Shown here: piece after piece, positions 38,398 to 51,691 of the stretch | How the letters are laid out: each line of letters begins with the position of its first letter | Position numbering within the stretch: the first letter of the stretch is position 1 | Assembly (NCBI RefSeq): GCF_963921235.1 | Contig: NC_086097.1 | Span: forward strand, 207,144,001 to 207,208,000 | Length of the DNA: 64,000 bases | Source: Mobula hypostoma | Lineage: Eukaryota | Reading direction: 5' to 3' | Notes under the pieces: generated by a model | The model's input: the letters and a program-made list of their open reading frames with translations, nothing else | Database searches by the model: none | Told to the model about the DNA's origin: nothing | Position numbers and translations under genes: made by a program

Positions 38398-39170
38398 GAT
38401 TAGAAGAATGGGCAAAGAATTGGCAGATGGAAAACAGAGTCAATAAGTATATGGTCATGCACTTTGGTGAAAGAATAAAAGCACAGACTATTATCTAAAA
38501 GGCGAGTTCAGAGTCCTCATGCAGGATTCCTTAAAGGTTAACTTGCTGGTTAAGAGAGTGATAAAGCAAGCAAATGTAATGTTAGCATTCATTTTGAGCG
38601 GGCTAGAATATAAAACAAGGATGTAATGCTGAAGCTTTACAAGGCCCTGGTGAGGCCTCACTTAAGAGTATTGTGAGCAGTTTTGGGCCCCTTATCTAAG
38701 AAAGGATATGTTGACATTGAAGAGGATTCAAAGGAGGTCACAAAAATGCTCCTGGAAATGAAAGTCTTATTATATATGAAACCTATAACCTGTACTCGGT
38801 GAAATTTAGAAGAATTGGGGGTGGGGATGTTGTAAGGCCTAGAAGGAGTGGAGAATATGTTTCCTGTAGTGGGGGAGTCTAGGACCAGATGACACAACCT
38901 CAGAATAGAGGGACGTCCATTTAGAACAAATATTAGGAGGAATTTCTTTAGCCAAAGGGTGCTGAATCTGTGGAATTTGTTGCCATAGGCTGCTGTGCTG
39001 GCCAGGTCATTTGGTGTACTTAAGGCAGAGGTTGATAGATTCTTGATAAATCATAATGTGAAAGGTTCAGGAGAAAAGACAGGAGTTTGGGGCTGAGAGG
39101 GAACTGGATCACCAATGTTCAAACTTGATGGGCCAAAAGGCCTAATTCTGCTCCCATGTCTTATAGTCTG
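38398..39170 (+). mobile_element. Old CR1 3' end, right half of the copy split by the hAT
   Basis: LEEWAKNWQM continuation and CR1 3' hairpin/tail GGGCCAAAAGGCCTAATTCTGCTCC. Confidence 0.8.
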
Positions 39171-40764
39171 TTTATACTAGGGGATTCAATTCCAATTACT
39201 TCCACCTCTGATTATAGCACATATAACCAAATAAAGGACAATATCTAATGCTATAATGAATTCTATGATGGAAAATTTTGACAGTAATTTGTTATTTGCT
39301 TTGGCAAAATGTAATGACATCAAGAATTACTCTTTTGTGGGAAACTATTTTAGATAAGTAACAGTTTTAAACTTTTTCATTAAGATGAGCTTACCATGAA
39401 TTTAGTTGCCATTCTAAAACATCATCTTAATTATAGTACTTTGCAATCTCTAAATTAAGGGGTGAAATCACTTTGGAATCTTTGTGGGAACAGAGATCAA
39501 AAAAGCCTCCAGTGGAGTATACCTCCCCCACCCACGCTGTAAAAATGTGTGTCCACATTATGCCAGCTCATTGAAAGGTTCATTTCAAGTCAATTCAACA
39601 GAATGCAAAGAAATATTAAACATTACCTAATCTAAATGAAAATATCATCCTCACTGCATAATCTGGTTTCATTATTTGTTTTAAAAGAGCTTAAAAGTTG
39701 TTTTTATATCAGAGTAAAAGACTAAACTTTACTGAAACCAAGAATCCTGAGCACCAATAGAAAATGATAATAAGGTCTTATCTACATCTTCTAGGTGAGC
39801 TGATGGTTCTCACTGGTAGACGAATTAATGAGAAAGCATTTAGAGTGTTGCTGTAGGCAATGGGAAAAAGTCTGGAGCAGATTCTGGCAGATGGAGGTTT
39901 GGTGATACTTTTACAATTAAATTAGCATTCCTCCATCTCTTGACGCAACAGCAGGGACTTCTAATTTTATTAGCTGTTGGTGACTAGCAGTGAACCTGAA
40001 GACTCCTAAACTGGGAAGACCAAATTCCTATGTTGTTCATCATAAATACCTTTGCAAAGGTGGCCATCAACAAGAGCCTACTTAATCTAATTGCTGTGCT
40101 AAGTCGTCCAACTGGGAGGCCTAAAAATTGCAATTTATGAATTTAGAGATGATCATGCCGCAACCCATGAAAACTTCCCTATCTTTTATGTGTAAAACAT
40201 AAGCACAATGCTTCCACAAAGGTCTAGGTTAGGTTATTGTTGTGAACATTAAAATTAATATTTTCACGAACCATGTGATTTTAGAAAATGATTAATTTAT
40301 TTTGTAAGATCCTTGCATGTTTATTTGTGCCTTGAATATTGTTTTGCTTTGCACAGGAGCATATTATCTCTGAATGGGGTTTAATAATGTAAGATTCATA
40401 AGGACAGCTGCATCAGGCATCCTGGCTTAGATTAATCTGTTTATCTACTCAGACAAAGCCATATTTAGTGCGATACCTCTGTATAAAATGGCTGTATTAA
40501 GGTGACTAGATAGTGTTCTGGGTTATACACTAACCTTTAAATTCCTATCACCTCTGCTTTCAGCTGCCTCTAAAAGTTTAATGTTAACAGCGTTCAGGTA
40601 ATCTCAGAATAATTCCTGTCAGTACTAATGCTTCTAACTCTGAATTACAATGTTATTCTCTCTCAAAGAAGTCACAAGATGCCAGGTGTGGTGAGCTGAA
40701 GTGTCACTCTGGGTATTTTCTGATCCTGTTTGAGACATGTTGCTCCACATCAGATCTGAATACT

Positions 40765-42825
40765 CATCACATTCTACCCCTCTCAACCCCATTCTACAGC
40801 CTGCTCCCTGTAGCCTTTGATGCCCTGACTGGCCAAGAACCTATCAACTTTAGCTTTAAATAAACTCAGAGCCTGGCCTCCACAGCCATCCATGGCATAA
40901 ATTCCACAGATATGCTACCTTCTCATCTCCGTTCTAAATGGACACCCCTCTATTACGAGGCTGTGCTCTCTAGTTCTAGACTTACCCACTATAGGAAATA
41001 TCCTCTCCACATGCACCATGTCTAGGCCTTTCAGTATTCTATAGGTTTCAATGAGATCCCTCTCTCATTCATCTAAACTCCAGTGAGCACAGGGTCAGAG
41101 CCATCAATCACTCCAAATACATTAACACTTTCATTCCTGTAACCATTCTTCTGAATCTCCTCTAGACCCTCTACAATGCCAGCACATCCTTTTTAGATGA
41201 GGGACCCGAAACTGCTCACAATATTCCAAGTGTGGTTTGACCAATACCTTATAAAACCTCAGCATCACATCTACTGACTCACCTGCAAGTTAACCATTAG
41301 GGAATCCTGCACAAGGACTCCCAAGTCATTTTGCACGTCTGAATTTTGAATTTTTTCTCCCTCTTCGGTAAATAGTTTAAGCCTTTATTCCTTCTACCAA
41401 AGTGCATGACCATATACTGTACCTCCCTACACTATATTCCATCTGCCGCTTCTTTGCCCATTCTCCCAATCTATCAAAGTCATTTTGCAGACTCACTGCT
41501 TCCTCAATACTACCTATCTCTCACCGATCTTTTTTATCGTCAGCAAACTTGGCCACAGAGCCATCAATTTTATCATCCAAATCGTCGACATATAACATGA
41601 AGAGAAGCAGCCCCTATACCGACCAGTGCAGAACACCACTTGTCACTGTCAGCCTACCAGAATTGGCCCCTTTTTTACTGACTTTTTGCATCCTGCCAAT
41701 CTGCCCATCTTCTATCGATGCTAGTATCTTTCCTTTAATACAATTGGCTCATATTTTGTTTAGCAGCCTCGTGTGCAGTGCCTCATCAAAGGCCTTCTGA
41801 AAATCCAAGTAACGGATATCTACTGACTCTCCTTTGTCTATCCAGTCTGTTATTTCCTCAAAGAATTCTAACAGACTTGTCAGGCAAGATTTCCCCTTAA
41901 AGAAACCATTTACTTTTGACTACTCTGTCATGTGTCTCCAAGCACCCCGAAATCTCATTCTTAATAATGAACTCTAACATCTTCCCAACCATTGAAGTCA
42001 GACTTACTGGCCTACAATTATCTTTCTTCTGTCTCCCTCCCTCCTTAAAGAGTGGAGTGACATTTGCAGTTTTACAGTACCCTGGGACAATTCCAGAATT
42101 TGGTAATTCTTGAAAGATCATTACTAATACCTCCACAAACTCTTCAGCTAGTTCGTTCAGCACCTTGGGGTATAGTCTATTTGGTTCAGATAACTTATCT
42201 ACCTTCAGACCTTTCAGCTTCCCAGGCACCTTCTCTTTAGTAAGAGCAACTACACTCACTCTGTCCCCCTGACACTCTCAAATTTCTGGCATCCTGCTAG
42301 TGTCTTCCATGTTGAAGATTGATGCTAAATAATTATTAAGTTCATTGGCCACTTCTTCCTCCCTCATTACTACCTCTCCAGCATCATTTTACAGCAGTCC
42401 AGTATCCACTCTCACCTCTCTTTTACTCTTCATATATCTGAAAATACATTTGTTATCCTCCTTGACATTACTGGCTAGCTTACCTTCTAGCTTTTCTCTC
42501 CTTGTGTTCTTTTTAGTTACCTTCTATTAGTTTTCAAATGGTTCCCAAATCCTCTATCTTCCTGCTAATTACTGCTATATTATATGATCTCTCTTTTGCT
42601 TTATTTGATTTCCCTTGTCACCCATGTCATCCTGCCTTTAGAATTCCTTTTCATTTTGCAATGTATCTATTCTGTGCCTTCTGAATTTAACCCAGAAACT
42701 CCAGCCATTGCCTTTCTGCCATCATCCCTGCTAGTGTCCCCTTCCATTCAACTTTAGCCAGCTCCTCTCTCATGCAGCTGTAAATTCCTTCACTCCATCA
42801 TAATACTGATACATCTGACTTTATC
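40765..42825 (-). mobile_element. Degenerate CR1 LINE
   Basis: Minus ORF LKVDKLSEPNRLYPKVL...ANVTPLFKEGG..NCRPVSLTSMVGKMLE. Confidence 0.85.
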
Positions 42826-43204
42826 TGTAGCATTAGAGCAAACCCATGAAACCCATAGATATGCATGGAGACAGACCTCTGGGTAATCATAAAGACTGAG
42901 AAACTCTGCCAGATTCTTATTCTTTGTCTAGTCTCGTTTATATAAAAGTTAGGCAGGAAGTTAATGTATACTTAATGGCAGAGATTTCTATTTTATACTT
43001 CTCTGGATAATAAAAGCAACACGTATGCTAATATGCATCTTCTCATAACTTTTTCTTTCTCAGCAAATATTCCAAATCTGATAATATTGCCTTCTTGGAT
43101 AAATGAATGCAGAGAAGACATGAAGCAATTTAAATTTAACAGCGATGATCAGGCTCTTACTGTAGACAAGATATTAGAGAAAGGAATAAGAGAAAGAGTC
43201 ATTT

Positions 43205-43550
43205 AGAACTTAGAACATACAATATTATAGCACAGAACAGGTTCTTCAATGTGCCGAACTTTTAGTCTACCTAAGATCAATCTAACCCTTCCGTCCTACA
43301 TATACCTCCATTTTTCTGTCATCCATATGCCTATTTAAATGCCCCTAATGTACTTGCCTCCAGCACCGCCAGTGGCAATGCATTCCATGCACCCAACACG
43401 CTCTGACATACCCCTATCTTTCCTCCAATCACATTAAAATTATGCCCTAATTATCATATATTATGATAATTATCAATTATCATATTAGCCATTTCCATGG
43501 TGGATAAAAAAAATCTTTGGCTATCAACTTAATCTATGCCTTTTATCATC
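43205..43550 (-). mobile_element. CR1 3' end fragment, host of the solo LTR (resumes at 44468)
   Basis: Similar to the reverse-complement CR1 tail at 33823-34170. Confidence 0.65.
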
Positions 43551-44467
43551 TGTGCTGTGGGGACGTGCCTTATTCTGATTGTTGAAAATCACTTCCATTG
43601 TGATTGGCTAGTTTAGAAACTGCTTATCCCAGTTTCCAGTATCCTGGGTATATAAAATAGCATATGGAAGGGGTTTGCTCTCTTCCTCCTTTGCTTTAGA
43701 CAAGCAGGCACATGATTGAGAAAGTATTCTCTACGTGCACTTTTCACTAAGTATATTTGTTGAATGTACAAATGTTTGTTGAATATTCAGCTTTGTATTG
43801 TCTGTAACTTGGGGAACGTGAATGTTTAGTCAAATTTTTATTGTTTGTACAAACGTTTGTAAATACGAAGGGTGATTGATAAGTTTGTGGCCTAAGGTAG
43901 AGGGAGACAATTTTAGAAAACCTAGCACATGCATTTTTCAACATAGTCCCCTCCTACATTTACACACTTAGTCCAGCGGTCGTGGAGCATAGGGATACCT
44001 CCTTTGTAGAAGTCGGCATCTTGGACCTCCAGAAAGTGGTCCACAGCAGGAGTGATTGATATGCTTATGGCCTTAGGTAGAAGGAGATGAGTTATTAACT
44101 TCAAACTTTCTGCATAATCGCTCAAAGAGTTGAAATGCATGTGCATGTAACAAGAGCTGTATAACTCATCTCCTTCTACCTTAGGCTATGAACTTATCAA
44201 TCACCCCTGCTGTGGACCACTTTCTGGAGGTCCAAGACGCCAACTTCTACAAAGAAGGGATCCGAAACCTCCACGACCCCTGGACTAAGTGCATAAATGT
44301 AGGAGGGGACTATGTTGAAAAATAAATGTGCTAGGTTTTCTAAAATTGACTCCTTCTACCTTAGGCCACAAACTTATCAATCCCCCTCGTAAATGCTTAA
44401 TATAACTATTCGCAGAGAATGCTTTCTGTATCACCTGCCAGATCCATGAACCTTATTCAACATTACA
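43551..44467 (+). mobile_element. Solo LTR (~390 bp without the nested MITE)
   Basis: TG...CA termini, 5-bp TSD TCATC (43546-43550 / 44468-44472), TATATAAA at ~43650, AATAAA reconstructed at the MITE insertion site. Confidence 0.7.
43866..44389. mobile_element. Palindromic mariner-derived MITE (copy 1)
   Basis: TA TSD; TIR CGAGGGGTGATTGATAAGTTTGTGGCCTAAGGTAGAAGGAG; ~230-bp inverted arms, each encoding the transposase C-terminus DHFLEVQDA.FYKEGI..LHD.WTKC.NVGGDYVEK. Confidence 0.92.
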
Positions 44468-44724
44468 TCATCTTGTAAACTCTAGCACTGCTCTCTATGC
44501 TTGTTTAAGACCCTAAAACACCAGTATTTTATTGATTAAATTAACCCAACTCATTGACGGATTCTCTTTCCACAAATATTGCCTAACCTTCTGAGCTTTT
44601 CCAGCATTGTTTGTTCCTGATATTTGTTACTATTGGTAAATTTACTACATCATTAGGAAGAGCCACAAATTCTGAAACAATGCCTTCCTGATACATATCA
44701 CAAAAGCAGTTCTGATATATATTA

Positions 44725-45705
44725 ATTTGACAAGGTCCTACATAGGAGATTGGTCAAGAAGGTTTAGTCACTTGGCATTCAAGATGAGGAAGTAAATATG
44801 ATTAGATATTAGTTTTGCAGGAGAAGCCAGAGGTAGTAGATGGTTACCTCTCTGACTGGAGGTCTGTGACTAGTGGGGTGCTGCAAAGATCGGTACTGGG
44901 CCCATTGATGTTCATCATCCATATCAAAGATCTTGTTGATAACATGTTAACTGGATCAGCAAAGTTGTGGATGACACCAGGATTGGGGATGTAGTGGACA
45001 GCGAGGAAAACTATCAAAGCTTGTAGAGGAATCAGGATCAGCTGGGAAAATGGGCTGATAATGGCCAAATAAAGCTTTTGGCACATTGGCCTTCATATAT
45101 CAAAGTATTGAGTACAGGAGTTGGGATGTTATGTTGAAGTTGTGTAAGATGTTGGTGAGGCCTAATCTGGAATATTCTACACAGTTGTAGTCACCTACCT
45201 ACAGGAACAACGTAAATAAGATAGAAAGAGTACAGAGGGAATTTACAAGGATGTTACTGGGACTGGACGACCTAAGTTATGAAGAAAGATTGAATAGGTT
45301 ATAACTCATCCAATCTCCCCTCAATCTTCTATGTTCTGAGGGAGATATAGAAAATTATGAGGGGTATAGATAGGGTAAATGCAAGCAGGCTTTTTATACT
45401 GAGAGTGGGTGAGACTGGAGCGAGAAGTCATGGGTTAAGGGTGAAAGGTAAAATGTTTAAGGGGAACATGAGTGGAAACTTGTTCACTCAGAGGATGGTG
45501 AGAGTGTAGAATGAGCTGCCAGTGCAAGTGGTGGTGTGATTTCAATTTCAACGTTTAAGAAAAGTTTGGGTAGGTAGATGGATAGCAGGAGTACGGAGGC
45601 CTATGACCTGGGTGCAGGTCGATGGGACTGAGCAGTTTAAATGATTTGGCACAGATTAGATGTGCAGAGGGCCTGTTTCCATGCTGTAGTTTTCTATGAC
45701 TCTAC
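44725..45705 (+). mobile_element. Degenerate CR1 3' fragment
   Basis: Similar to the reverse complement of 30648-31726; TTTCTATGACTCTA tail. Confidence 0.8.
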
Positions 45706-45734
45706 GATGTCAGAATGGTTGTTGTGATGCGTCT

Positions 45735-46305
45735 AGTGTGGTAGTGTAGAGGGTAGTGCTTGTCACTCCCACTTTCAGCTCCCATCGCTGGCTAGCAGCC
45801 TTGTAAAAAGGAGAACTGAACGTGTAAGCCTTTTCCTGCAAGCACATTGCCTCTCCATTGCCTTCTATCTGACTGAACTCCTTTCGGACTCAGGCTGAAC
45901 TACAGAGGACAGGGAGGAGGTCCGGCCCCTGCACACGTAGCATGCGGGCCCCCCAGTGTGTGGACACTCCCAGGTGCTCGTGAACCAGATCCTCAGCTCT
46001 TAGGTAAATAGCCCACTGCCTTGCGGGCAGCCTTTGGAGAAACAAAAGCTACTGGAGTAAACTCAGTCAGCAAATATGGAGAGGAGCCCCTAAAGTGTTG
46101 GACTCCATTGAACATCCTTCTGGCAGCTCCTACAGCCAAGCTGGGCCAAACGTATCGCTTCATAAGCTTTCCTTTGCACTACACTGGTGAAGCCGAGAGG
46201 GGGATCTCGATGGCTGGGCACCTCAGGATCTCCATACCTTCCGCTTGGGCTTGTGATGATGACCATCATCACCCATTGTTCTCCGTGATAGACAGATGCC
46301 AACTA
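45735..46305 (+). mobile_element. Possible non-autonomous RTE-derived element (5'UTR joined to 3' tail)
   Basis: GC-richer island ending CATTGTTCTCCGTGATAGACAGATGCC, which resembles the RTE-type tail of the SINE at 48095. The assignment is inference. Confidence 0.35.
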
Positions 46306-47719
46306 TAGCTCTACATTCAAAAGAAAATCTAATATAGATCCTCAGGAAGACTAGCACATACTTCCCACATCTGAAAAGCAATTACCCACCAAAGGTCTCT
46401 GCTTTTTGTGTTTGACTAATTTCATATCCAAGCTAGCATTTTTAATTTAATTCCATGGACTTTAATTTTGCTAGCAAGAAGTATTTTGTCAAGTATTTGT
46501 TTGAAAGCTACAACTGTGCCACTCTTCTTCCTAATCCTCCAACTTACTTCATCAAAAGAATTGTACTAAATTAAACACAATTTAATAAATCCAAGCAACA
46601 CACACAAAATGCTGAAGATTCCTTCATCTGCAGATTTTCTCTCACTCATTAACAAATCTATCCTAGTTTTTAATTATTTATTCAATTTTCTTATAAAGAA
46701 AATTATTTTTCTTGATTATTGTCCCAAAGCAATTTCCCACAACAAACATTAGTCTCCCATTTGTATGATAACAAAGTAGATTTTCTGAGCAAAGCTATTT
46801 AACCAATTAAAGTAATCTGTACAGAGAGATACTGAATTGAACTGTACCTCCAGATCCTTCCCTATTATGCCTACCCAGAGGTTACCAGTATTTTTTTCCA
46901 AGATTCCTACCTCCATTATTCAGTCTGAAAATAATTTTGGCACAGGTGTATGTGGATATAAAACCTGGTACAAATCCAGCCCAATCACAGCCATTCCAAA
47001 CCAAACACAACTCTTGTTACCATATCCACCCCAAAATGTACCCTAAATAAAATTATTCTCAAATATGCTGTTGATCAGTTCCAGGATGAAACATCAGCTA
47101 TTGACCAAAAAGCAAGAAAGTGCTGAAATTCTAAACTGATCTGATTGAAGTACTGAACAACAGTGGCACACCATGGTCCAACTTGTTCTGAACTATCAGA
47201 ATACAAACTTGAAGTATATAGTCAGGACCCTTGGTCAGACCACTCTAGTCAAATAGCTATGTTTTAAATTCAAGACCTAATTTATGTAATATTTTGTGCA
47301 TGCTATTTCCTTTAGTTTCCAATTATTCTCTGCAAAGTCATGTCTCTGGCATCTCCTTTTAAATCAAAGTCCATATTTCTCCAGATGTTTCTTACAAATC
47401 AGATCCATAGCATTATAGAATCATCCTTATGGCTCTCTTCTCTGCTACTATCAATGTTTAAATATCCTCCTCTCATCCCAGTGATCACAACCATGTGCTA
47501 TACCATAATCTCAAATTCTTCTGTTGTATATTGCTCCTGGTTAACATTCCACTGGGTTTGTTGATTACAAAACTACTCTATTCACTGTTCCAAGTTATGC
47601 TCCTTGTTGTTATCTTAGGTATTTCAGCACCATTTACAGAAATGTACAGTATGCAACTTATTTCCTTTCAATAAACTTTGCCTAACATTTGTTTATACTA
47701 AATTGTATCTGGAGTTATA

Positions 47720-48030
47720 CAGTAATAGAACAATACCGCACAGAAATAGGCTGTCTTGGCCCATCCAGTCCAAGCCAAACTATTAATCTGCCTAGTCTCA
47801 TTGATCTGCACCCAGACCATAACAAACCTTACCCCTCCCATTAATGTAGCTATCCAAATTTCTCTTGAATGTTGAAATTGAACCCACATCCATCAGCTTG
47901 CTCCACACTTGCACTGCCCTCTGAGTGAAGAAATTCCCACTCATGTTCCCCTAGAACGTTTATCATTCACCATTAACCCATGACCTCTAGTTCTTGTCTC
48001 ACCTAACTTCAGTGGAACAAGTCCTCTTAC
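47720..48030 (-). mobile_element. CR1 3' end fragment
   Basis: Similar to 30650-30960. Confidence 0.65.
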
Positions 48031-48094
48031 ATTAATTATCTGTAATTATTCTGTTCACATGTATACTTTAACGACTCAAATCACAGAGCTACTA

Positions 48095-48402
48095 AAAAGG
48101 CATCCGTTAGTCTTGCGAGACCATGGATCTGCGCCTGGAACGTCTTCACTCTCCAGGGTGCAGGCCTGGGCAAGGTTGTATGGAAGACCAGCAGCTGCCC
48201 ATGCTGCAAGTCTCCCCTCTCCACGACACCAACGTTGTTCAAGGGAAGGGCATTAGGACCCATACAGCTTGGCACCAGTGTCGTCGCAGAGCAATGTGTG
48301 ATTAAGTGCCTTGCTCAAGGACACAACACATTCCCTCTGCTGGGGCTCGAACTTACGACCCTCAGGTCGCTAGTCCAATGCCTTAACCACTTGGCCACGT
48401 GT
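48095..48402 (-). mobile_element. tRNA-derived SINE with CORE-like domain and RTE-like tail
   Basis: Minus-strand A box GTGGCCAAGTGGTTAAGGC, B box AGTTCGAGCCC, GTGTCCTTGAGCAAGGCACTTAA, tail CCATGGTCTCGCAAGACTAACGGATGCC. Confidence 0.78.
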
Positions 48403-50119
48403 ATCTCACCACAGAGCTACTAGCCATTAAAGTAACTCACTGATATCGAATATTTTAACAAGGTTCTGGAAAGATGATGAGCCGCATATTCTGAGTCAAG
48501 ACTGCAGTCCACAGACACTATCTGATGATGATCCATCTTGTTAGCCCTCCACTTATTGAAATTCAAAAACACGGTCAATGGGGCCATTATGCCAAAAAAA
48601 CCTGTCCCCAACATATCCAGCAGCATCTAAAAGAATGCACAACTGATAGAGGAGATACTGAACTAAAATATTTAATTTCCCTTATGTTTCCTAATCTGAA
48701 ACCTTCAAATCCCCATCAAGATCAGCGAGGTCTGGGATCATGTGACTTGTTCCCCTTAACATAGGTGCTGAGGGACAATTCTTCACCATGATGCTGGAAA
48801 GTCCTGGCAATCCATTAGACCCTACGATACTTCATTTTGATGGGTCACTTCAGAAAACAATGAAAGATAGCACCCCCAAAGAAATTGATGAATCCAAATC
48901 AAGCAGAATCATTGAACTTTTAGCACACAAAGCCATTCAGCCCAGTATGCATGTGTCAGCAGAGTTCAAGTTATATTGCACATTCAACTTACTTTTCAAA
49001 TAACTATTTTCAACTTGTGTAAACTCACTCCTGAGAATAGGGATACAACTGCTTAAGCCCTGATAGTTCTGTGCTGCCCTTTCTATAAGAGTAGCACAAG
49101 TGAAACAGGACTTCAATCTCTTTGATTTACAGTTTGACCAAACAGACTTTACAGATGTAATCTATTTAACATTTGATTAGTCAACTAGAAACTTAACATC
49201 CACAGTAGCATATGAATACATTACAGGGAGGATGGGTAGGGAGAACATTGTTATGGGAAGACCACAACCTCTGCCACAATTTAATTGGGGCAGAAATTCC
49301 TGGAGGCATAATAAATGCACGACATGATTCCTCAGCCAGTTTATACCAGAATGTTCAATTGCAAAGATCTTTTTTCTCTAAAGATTTGTTGTGATGTTGC
49401 CAAATTTTATCTTGTCTTCAGGCTGAGAAATTACATTAATCTCTTGTGAATGTTTTTAGAGCATTCTTTCAAAGGAAATCAAAAGAGTTCTTCCAGTGCC
49501 CTGGCCAGCCTATATCCCAGAGCTATCACCACTGGAACAGATTACCTTAAATTCTCCTTGTCGGCTACTGCTTCTCCTGCACTGCATTTGATTACAATGC
49601 ATGTCCTACACAGAGTAATGGCAGAGTTTTTTTGGAATAATCAAATGTCATGACAAGCCTTTTGACTATAAGTTCACACATTGGAGAATTATAAGGAAGG
49701 TGCCAGAAGAAAGTATTTTCTTAGTTGCTAACACTCAGATCCCCTTTTGGATACAGTTGCCATTAGTGGTATTTCCTGCTTACTCACTACAACAAAGCAG
49801 AAAGTTATTTGATTATTCATCTGTCCATGCCATTTCCTATCATTCTCATTCTCAATCTCCCACACCCCTGCAAGTTACTTTTTTCTCTCAAACAGCCAAT
49901 AAATACTCTTTGATTATTTTAGTCATTTGTAAGGTTATTTTACAGTTGTCAATTAATATATCAGTCCATCATTGAGATACCGGAGGAAAGAGAAAACTCA
50001 GAGGAAGATCGTGCATTTGGAGGAAGGACTTGTGAGCTCTACACCGGCAGTTGCCAGTGTCAGGATTAAAACCTGGTTCTTCACCAAGCCTTCAAGTAGT
50101 CACAATAATTATAAATAAA

Positions 50120-50670
50120 ATGCAGGGAAGAGGTACAGGAGTCTGAAGGCACACACCCAACGATTCAGGAATAGCTTTTCCCCTCTGCCATCAGATTTCC
50201 GAATAGACATTGAACCCATGAACACTACCCCACTACTTATTTCCCTTTTTTTGCACTACTTATGTAATTCAACTTTTTATATACACTTACTATAATTCAC
50301 GGTGTTTATTATTATATATTGCAACGTTCTGCTGCCACATAACAAGTTTTCATGACATATGCCAGTGATATTAATCCTGATTCTGATTACTTGGAGTATT
50401 GCATGCAATTCTGATAACCCCAATTATAGGATGAATGGGGAATATTTGAGAAGGGTGCTTGTACAGTAGAGATTATCAGGATGCTGCCTGGATTATAGGG
50501 TATGAGGTCTAATGAGTGGTTCAATAAACTTCAGTTGTTTTCTCTGGTGTTGTAGAGGCTAAGGGGACACCTGAAGGAAGTTTATAAATTTTTGAGAGAC
50601 ATAGAAAGGGTAGACAGTTAGTATCTTTTTCACAGGGTAGAAATTTCAAACACTATTGGATATACATTTA
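50120..50670 (+). mobile_element. Rex1 3' tail (~50120-50388) followed by a degenerate CR1 fragment
   Basis: Matches 14075-14260 and the (ATTCTG)n tail; then CR1-like TTGGAGTATTGCATGCAATTCTG. Confidence 0.65.
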
Positions 50671-51691
50671 TGTCTTAGGAACCATGGGTCCATGAATGTG
50701 TAACTTGCCTCTACAGAGATTCCATTCAGATGTTTACTGATATTATCTGCTGTTATAATTGTTTCACAAGAGAGGTAGGTCACATTAGAGGTTCCCAGAA
50801 ATATGAGAGCTAGCAAAGTTGGCAACCCAATCTGAGAAGCTCCACGGGAATCAACAGGAGCTGACTGAAAGCTAAGCAATGCCTGTCTCACTACAACATT
50901 TGGTAGGGCCAAGAACCATTACTTCATTCTTGTCTTTAAATGCAGTGTGTGTCACAATGAGAGACGGGCAAAAGAAGAAGGTCAAGTGATAATGATGAGA
51001 ACATTGCTTATGATGTTTGATTTGTATAAGGACTAACGCATACAATTAAAATAATGGATTACAGTTCTTTTCCAAATAATTATAAATCATTTTACAATAA
51101 CTTTTAAAAATACTTTCCTTATGTAGTCCAAAGCTAGAGAAACCTCTTTGAGTTGAACAAATCTGCCCTGGTACAGTGTCTGAGTGACAATTCCACAATG
51201 TAATACATCAGTGTCTGTCAGTAAATAAGTCACAGAAATGAAGCAAGTCAACTAAATCTGGGACTAACTTTAGTACAAATGGTTGAAGATCGGCAGTTCC
51301 TGCCACTGCCAGCATGACTCAGTCTACTGTTTCTAATTAAAAGCAGGAAGCAATATTTCTTAATACCTTAATAACTTCAAATAATAGCTTTTATGCCACT
51401 GATGTTTGAAAATAACCACACCACAATGTTAGCGCCAAAAATGAATGTTGCAAAAGAAGCTGCAAATGAAATTGAATATTTTATATACAAACACTAGTTT
51501 CTGGACTTCATGTTTAGAAACAATTTCTTTTAAAATGAAAATTATTAGTCAGAACTTACCCTAACTAGGATTTTCCACACCGTCATCCGTCCTAGTTGAA
51601 TATACAATTAAAATGCTACATATGCCCATTATTTCAACCAGACATCATTTGGCATTAAAATTGGGCTTCGTAAGACTCATTGGTATACATA

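Noticed and set aside
48325..48402. tRNA gene
   Set aside because: The A/B boxes continue into a CORE-like domain and LINE-like tail, so it is a SINE head.
46300..51600. Scattered 60-90 aa ORFs in AT-rich intron 3 sequence
   Set aside because: No domain similarity or consistent splice pattern; expected by chance.
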